12,264 nt of DNA, from NCBI GenBank assembly GCA_036679605.1, contig JAZDCZ010000341.1, forward strand, positions 1 through 12,264, in the 5' to 3' direction. The stretch's first letter is position 1, and every line of letters begins with the position of its first letter. Origin of the DNA: Gemmatimonadota bacterium. Lineage in GTDB: Bacteria; Gemmatimonadota; Gemmatimonadetes; Gemmatimonadales; GWC2-71-9. The notes under the pieces are model-generated. The model saw only the letters and a program-made list of their open reading frames with translations, had not been told where the DNA came from and made no database searches. The position numbers were made by a program, and so were the translations under genes. This document shows positions 9,238 through 12,264 of this stretch, in pieces.

Positions 9238-9264
9238 AACGATCGAGGGCCTCGTTTTCTGACA
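9238..9264 (-). promoter_or_regulatory. ECF sigma promoter of paralog C
   Basis: TGTCAGA-AAACGAGGCCCTCGAT-CGTT. Confidence 0.85.
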
Positions 9265-9270
9265 TCAGGA

Positions 9271-9359
9271 CTGCCACGGATGATTGTTTAGAACGCGGAT
9301 CCGTACCTTGGCCAGTGCGAGCGGAGTAAATCCGTGCCATAGTCAATGATCCGCGGCAG
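9271..9359 (-). other. Structured intergenic element (long stem-loop) between paralogs D and C
   Basis: Inverted repeat: CTGCCACGGATGATTG (9271-9286) and CAATGATCCGCGGCAG (9344-9359) match at 14/16 positions. Homologous to 117-208. Confidence 0.6.
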
Positions 9360-9361
9360 CA

Positions 9362-10675
9362 TTAGCGGCGGAAACCTGCCGGAGCGATACCGGGACTGAA
9401 CGGGCCCACTTCGAAGTCCACCGCGCTCGTGTGGGTGCGCTGGAGTATAGTTCTTCCGTTCGGCCCAAATCCCGCCACGCGGCGGTGCGACGATACCGCA
9501 GCATTAACTGCTGACAGAAAATATCCTTCCACCCGGTCAAATCTCGCGTTGACCATGCGAAGACATTCCACACCCACCTCGGGAGCCGATGCGGTGCGGA
9601 ATATGGCGACGTCGAGGATCTTGTCAGCCGGCTAGCGTACGAATGCTCTGGGGCTCGCCACGCTAGAAGGGTCGAATTCAACAGGCAGCCCCGCGATATC
9701 CACTGGTTCGGCAATGAATGGCACCTCCGCTCCCCCGCCGAAGGGAAGAAAGAGGACACCGTGCCCTAAGAAAAACGGTTCCAAACCCACGTCGATCATA
9801 TTGGGCACGGCCGGGTTATCCACGTCGCCGTTGCCGAAGAACTCGAAATCGGCCCCGCTCAGGTCCATCCCTCCCTCCACCAGCGCGGAGTGATCTATCG
9901 CATCCGTCGCTATTAGCACCACGGTGCCCGGAGCGAGCGGATGCTCGGTACCGGAACCGGGAAACGCGTGCATAAACCGCGCAAAGATGCCTAGAGGGTC
10001 GTTTCGCAGACGGTCGTCTGAGCAGGGCCGAAACGGCGAGTCAAAACTTATGCTCCATCCGGCGCCAAAGATCTTGCCGTCCAGGAAAATCGTCGAGTCA
10101 CTGTTGTTGTAGATCTCTACATAGCCACCAAAGACGTAGTTACTGGTCGTTCCGAGTGGTAGAATGCTGGTAAAATACCACTCGCTGATCACGAGGGAAC
10201 CCGGTTGGTCGGGCGAGAGTTCCAGCACCGCCTGCTGGGGTCCTCCTGTGACCGGAAACTTGCCGCCGCCACCCAGGACACGCACGTTCCAGCCCGTTGC
10301 CGTTGCCTGTGCCAGCTCGGCCGCCGTGAGCACCCGGCTCGCCCATGCCTTGTACTCACCCGGCACCAGATTTTCGATGCCGGCCGAGCCCGTTTCGTCG
10401 GTTCGCAGGGTGTCGCGCTGGGTTATAACCCCTCCGCGCTGCAGAACTACTTCGGCGCCAGGAACTCTACCATCCGTCCAGCCAAGCGCCTCAGCCAGTC
10501 CAAGACTAGCGGAGTCCAACATCAGCGTCATGCTGAGCCCGGGCTTTGCCACGTCGCCAGGCTCACCGGGCGCCGTTCCTGGATCGACGAGCTGAGTACC
10601 TCCAGAGGAGCATGCCCCGAGGTACATCAATAGCAGTACCAATGTGACGGCATCGGAAGAAAAGACTCGGAACAT
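9362..10675 (-). pseudogene. DUF4876-like lipoprotein paralog D with one in-frame amber stop
   Basis: GGAGA RBS, ATG at 10675, lipobox LGA|C. One frame runs to TAA at 9362-9364 (437 codons plus stop), interrupted only by TAG at 9632-9634 where B and C have TAC (RYPADK). Confidence 0.8.
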
Positions 10676-10723
10676 CGCGTCTCCGTTGGTGCTTGTTTGG
10701 GTGGATCAGGCCTTTGTTAGAGA

Positions 10724-10750
10724 AACGATCGAGGGCCCCGTTTTCTGACA
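10724..10750 (-). promoter_or_regulatory. ECF sigma promoter of paralog D
   Basis: TGTCAGA-AAACGGGGCCCTCGAT-CGTT. Confidence 0.85.
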
Positions 10751-10797
10751 TCGGTTGCCAGAATTAGCTTAATTACCAGGGGCACGACAAGGACGCC

Positions 10798-10838
10798 GAC
10801 CGGCAGCCCCAACTCACTCGGAGTTGGTACTGCCGGTC
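10798..10838. terminator. Strong hairpin downstream of the peptide gene (terminator or mRNA 3' stabiliser)
   Basis: GACCGGCAG-cc-CCAACTC-actcg-GAGTTGG-ta-CTGCCGGTC: 9-bp plus 7-bp stem. No U-tract on the minus strand. Confidence 0.5.
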
Positions 10839-10917
10839 ACGCGCGTTTTCACCTTACCTCCCGCTCAAGCGCCGGAACAGCGGTTAGCTCCAACTCTGTG
10901 CGGGGTCTTACCAACAC

Positions 10918-11154
10918 TCAAAACAGACAGACGCAGCAATCAGGATCAACACCAGAACAGAACCCGTGAAAGCCCCCAGCTAGCAGGCACGCCTTATCGC
11001 AAAGGAATTGCGATCCCGGGCAGAGTCCTTCAGTACCAGGCAAACACTCCGGAAGAGCCGACACTGCATTGGCTTGGCCCGCACCAAGACTCAGTGCAAT
11101 GGCCACACCGGCGGGCAGCAGGCTCCGGCGGAACAGGAGGAACAATCGGGACAT
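10918..11154 (-). CDS. Secreted cysteine-rich defensin-like (CS-alpha/beta) peptide precursor, 78 aa
   Basis: Strong RBS AAGGAGG-TTGCAAA-ATG at 11154. Signal peptide MSRLFLLFRRSLLPAGVAIALSLGAGQANA|. Mature part has 8 Cys: C-x7-C-x6-C-x3-C-x9-C-x6-CC-x-C, including CxxxC, GxC and CxC. Confidence 0.85.
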   Translation of the reverse strand: MSRLFLLFRRSLLPAGVAIALSLGAGQANAVSALPECLPGTEGLCPGSQFLCDKACLLAGGFHGFCSGVDPDCCVCLF

Positions 11155-11230
11155 TTTGCAACCTCCTTGTGAAGTTTGAACGATTCGGACTGCCGTCAAC
11201 TATGTGATACCGACCCGGTGCGTCGCCAGA

Positions 11231-11267
11231 GTCCGAACGTGCATTTGGGGGGTCCGAACGTGCATTT
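11231..11267. promoter_or_regulatory. Tandem 16-bp direct repeat with 21-bp period; likely activator binding site
   Basis: GTCCGAACGTGCATTT at 11231-11246 and 11252-11267, upstream of the peptide gene and just downstream of the AraC-like gene. Confidence 0.7.
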
Positions 11268-11315
11268 TGCAGCATCGCAACGGGAGTCTGGGTGGATTAG
11301 CCGTATAGACGGGCG

Positions 11316-12101
11316 TCAGACCGCCGAGTTCAGTACATTCCAGGGCGGTTCGATGCCGGCCCGCTTGCAGGACCTCCGGAAATTGCCCCGATCATAGATT
11401 CCCAAGTGACGTTCGAAGGCCGAACGCTTCACACCCAACCGGGCGAACCATATCCATGCGGCCCCACGAAGCGCCGTAACCAAGTGCTCGGATCGCGTGA
11501 AACCGCTCACCCGCACGAGCTGCCGAACTCTCGCCTGGGAGATCTCGAGCGCACGGGCGAAATCGACCGTTGTTTGGAGAGCGTTGGGTCGCCCCACAAA
11601 GGCCTCGATAAGTCGCCACGGAAGGTAGGCGAACAGGGGAGCAGATACCAATTCGGCGAGCAAGCCGTCGCGACTGTCTTCACTTGTCACACTCTCCATG
11701 GCATGCACAAGGTCGTGCTCGTCGGGGGCCTTGTTCGTCGCCGCAAGGGGCTTGTACTTTATCCAGGACCGCATCACTGCCGGACCTTCAGCTCTATGAC
11801 TCATGACAAGCGCCTTCCGGCTGCTGCTTCTGATCGAGGGTTTCAATCCGCCAAGGCCGGTCACGGATATGTTCTCGTGGGAAGCGTCGAGAGCGAATGA
11901 AAGTCCGGGGGGTAGATAATTCACGGAACACGAATCGCTTTCTGACGGCGCTGGTTGACCAAGGTTCGACATTCTCTCGATGCCGAAAAAGTCGCAAATG
12001 TGAGGTGGGGTAGGCATCTTGTTCGCCCCACACCACGAACCACCCATCTCATACCAGCTGCAAGGCACTGATTGAATGACCGTTGGGCTTGAGAACGACA
12101 T
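11316..12101 (-). CDS. AraC-like helix-turn-helix transcriptional regulator (start uncertain; ATG at 11972 is an alternative)
   Basis: C-terminus TVDFARALEISQARVRQLVRVSGF...LR...LG..DRGNFRRSCKRAGIEPP resembles the AraC double HTH. The first ~40 codons may not be coding. Confidence 0.6.
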   Translation of the reverse strand: MSFSSPTVIQSVPCSWYEMGGSWCGANKMPTPPHICDFFGIERMSNLGQPAPSESDSCSVNYLPPGLSFALDASHENISVTGLGGLKPSIRSSSRKALVMSHRAEGPAVMRSWIKYKPLAATNKAPDEHDLVHAMESVTSEDSRDGLLAELVSAPLFAYLPWRLIEAFVGRPNALQTTVDFARALEISQARVRQLVRVSGFTRSEHLVTALRGAAWIWFARLGVKRSAFERHLGIYDRGNFRRSCKRAGIEPPWNVLNSAV

Positions 12102-12264
12102 GCACGACGCCGTGGGTCATGGCCGTCAGCTCTGCGCTTCTATTAGAGAACGCGGATTCATATAGTAAGTGCAACAGAGGACCGCAAGAAGAAAGGTGAC
12201 CTGGCATATGCTAGTCTTCAGTCTCGACCAAAAGAAGGAAGGCTACCATGAGCTACCGCCAGAT

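Larger units (their letters stand above)
9140..10750. repeat. Long imperfect direct repeat of 1-1493 (gene start, promoter, spacer, paralog, promoter)
   Basis: Collinear homology includes the non-coding spacer (115-220 vs 9265-9361) and long identical runs such as CATGCCTTGTACTCACCCGGCACCAGATTTTCGATGCCGGCCGAGCCCG in both B and D. Confidence 0.85.

Noticed and set aside
9179..9346. N-terminal extension of ORF 7880..9346, and ORF 10563..10751 (shared MSEN.ALDRFSNKGLI)
   Set aside because: This peptide is just the translated promoter motif; the RBS and signal peptide start at 9178 and 10675.
221..10675. Diversity-generating retroelement as the source of variation
   Set aside because: No reverse transcriptase in the window, no template/variable repeat pair, and differences include indels and are not evidently adenine-specific.
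10762..10774. AT-rich imperfect palindrome AATTAGCTTAATT upstream of the paralog D promoter
   Set aside because: Short, single occurrence, absent from the other five promoters.
10824..11207. 127-aa + strand ORF and the longer 93-aa start of the peptide ORF
   Set aside because: The + ORF is antisense to the well-supported peptide gene; the AAGGAGG RBS fixes the peptide start at 11154.
11231..11267. CRISPR array
   Set aside because: Only two 16-bp units separated by 5 nt; no spacers and no cas genes.
11921..11947. Seventh ECF promoter (CGTCAGAAAGCG...CGTG on the minus strand)
   Set aside because: Both boxes mismatch, TCGAT is absent, spacing is off and it lies inside an ORF.
12141..12175. 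CGTTCTCTAATA on the minus strand, resembling the -10 region of the ECF promoters
   Set aside because: No TGTCAGA at the 16-nt spacing (GTTGCAC instead); at most a promoter for another sigma and unsupported here.

Overview
GC-rich bacterial accessory locus; Gemmatimonadota-like origin is a guess only. The core is an ECF sigma factor (2278-2772, -) coupled to a zinc-binding membrane anti-sigma (1505-2281, -). It is divergent from a TonB-dependent receptor (3062-6232, +) and a second outer-membrane beta-barrel gene (6229-7845, +). At least four paralogous DUF4876-like lipoprotein genes on the minus strand flank it: A (partial, 1-39), B (221-1410), C (7866-9178) and D (9362-10675). An invariant motif, TGTCAGAA-N10-TCGATCGTT, precedes the sigma operon, the receptor operon and all four paralogs, which defines a self-contained ECF regulon. 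The paralogs share a conserved framework with short hypervariable segments and show mosaic similarity. Each of the three complete copies carries a different lesion: B lacks the signal peptide and has a frameshifting deletion, C has a frameshift, D has an in-frame TAG. At the right end a secreted 8-Cys peptide with a CS-alpha/beta defensin-like cysteine pattern (10918-11154, -) lies behind a 21-bp-phased direct repeat and an AraC-like regulator. Family assignments come from motif recognition, not database searches.
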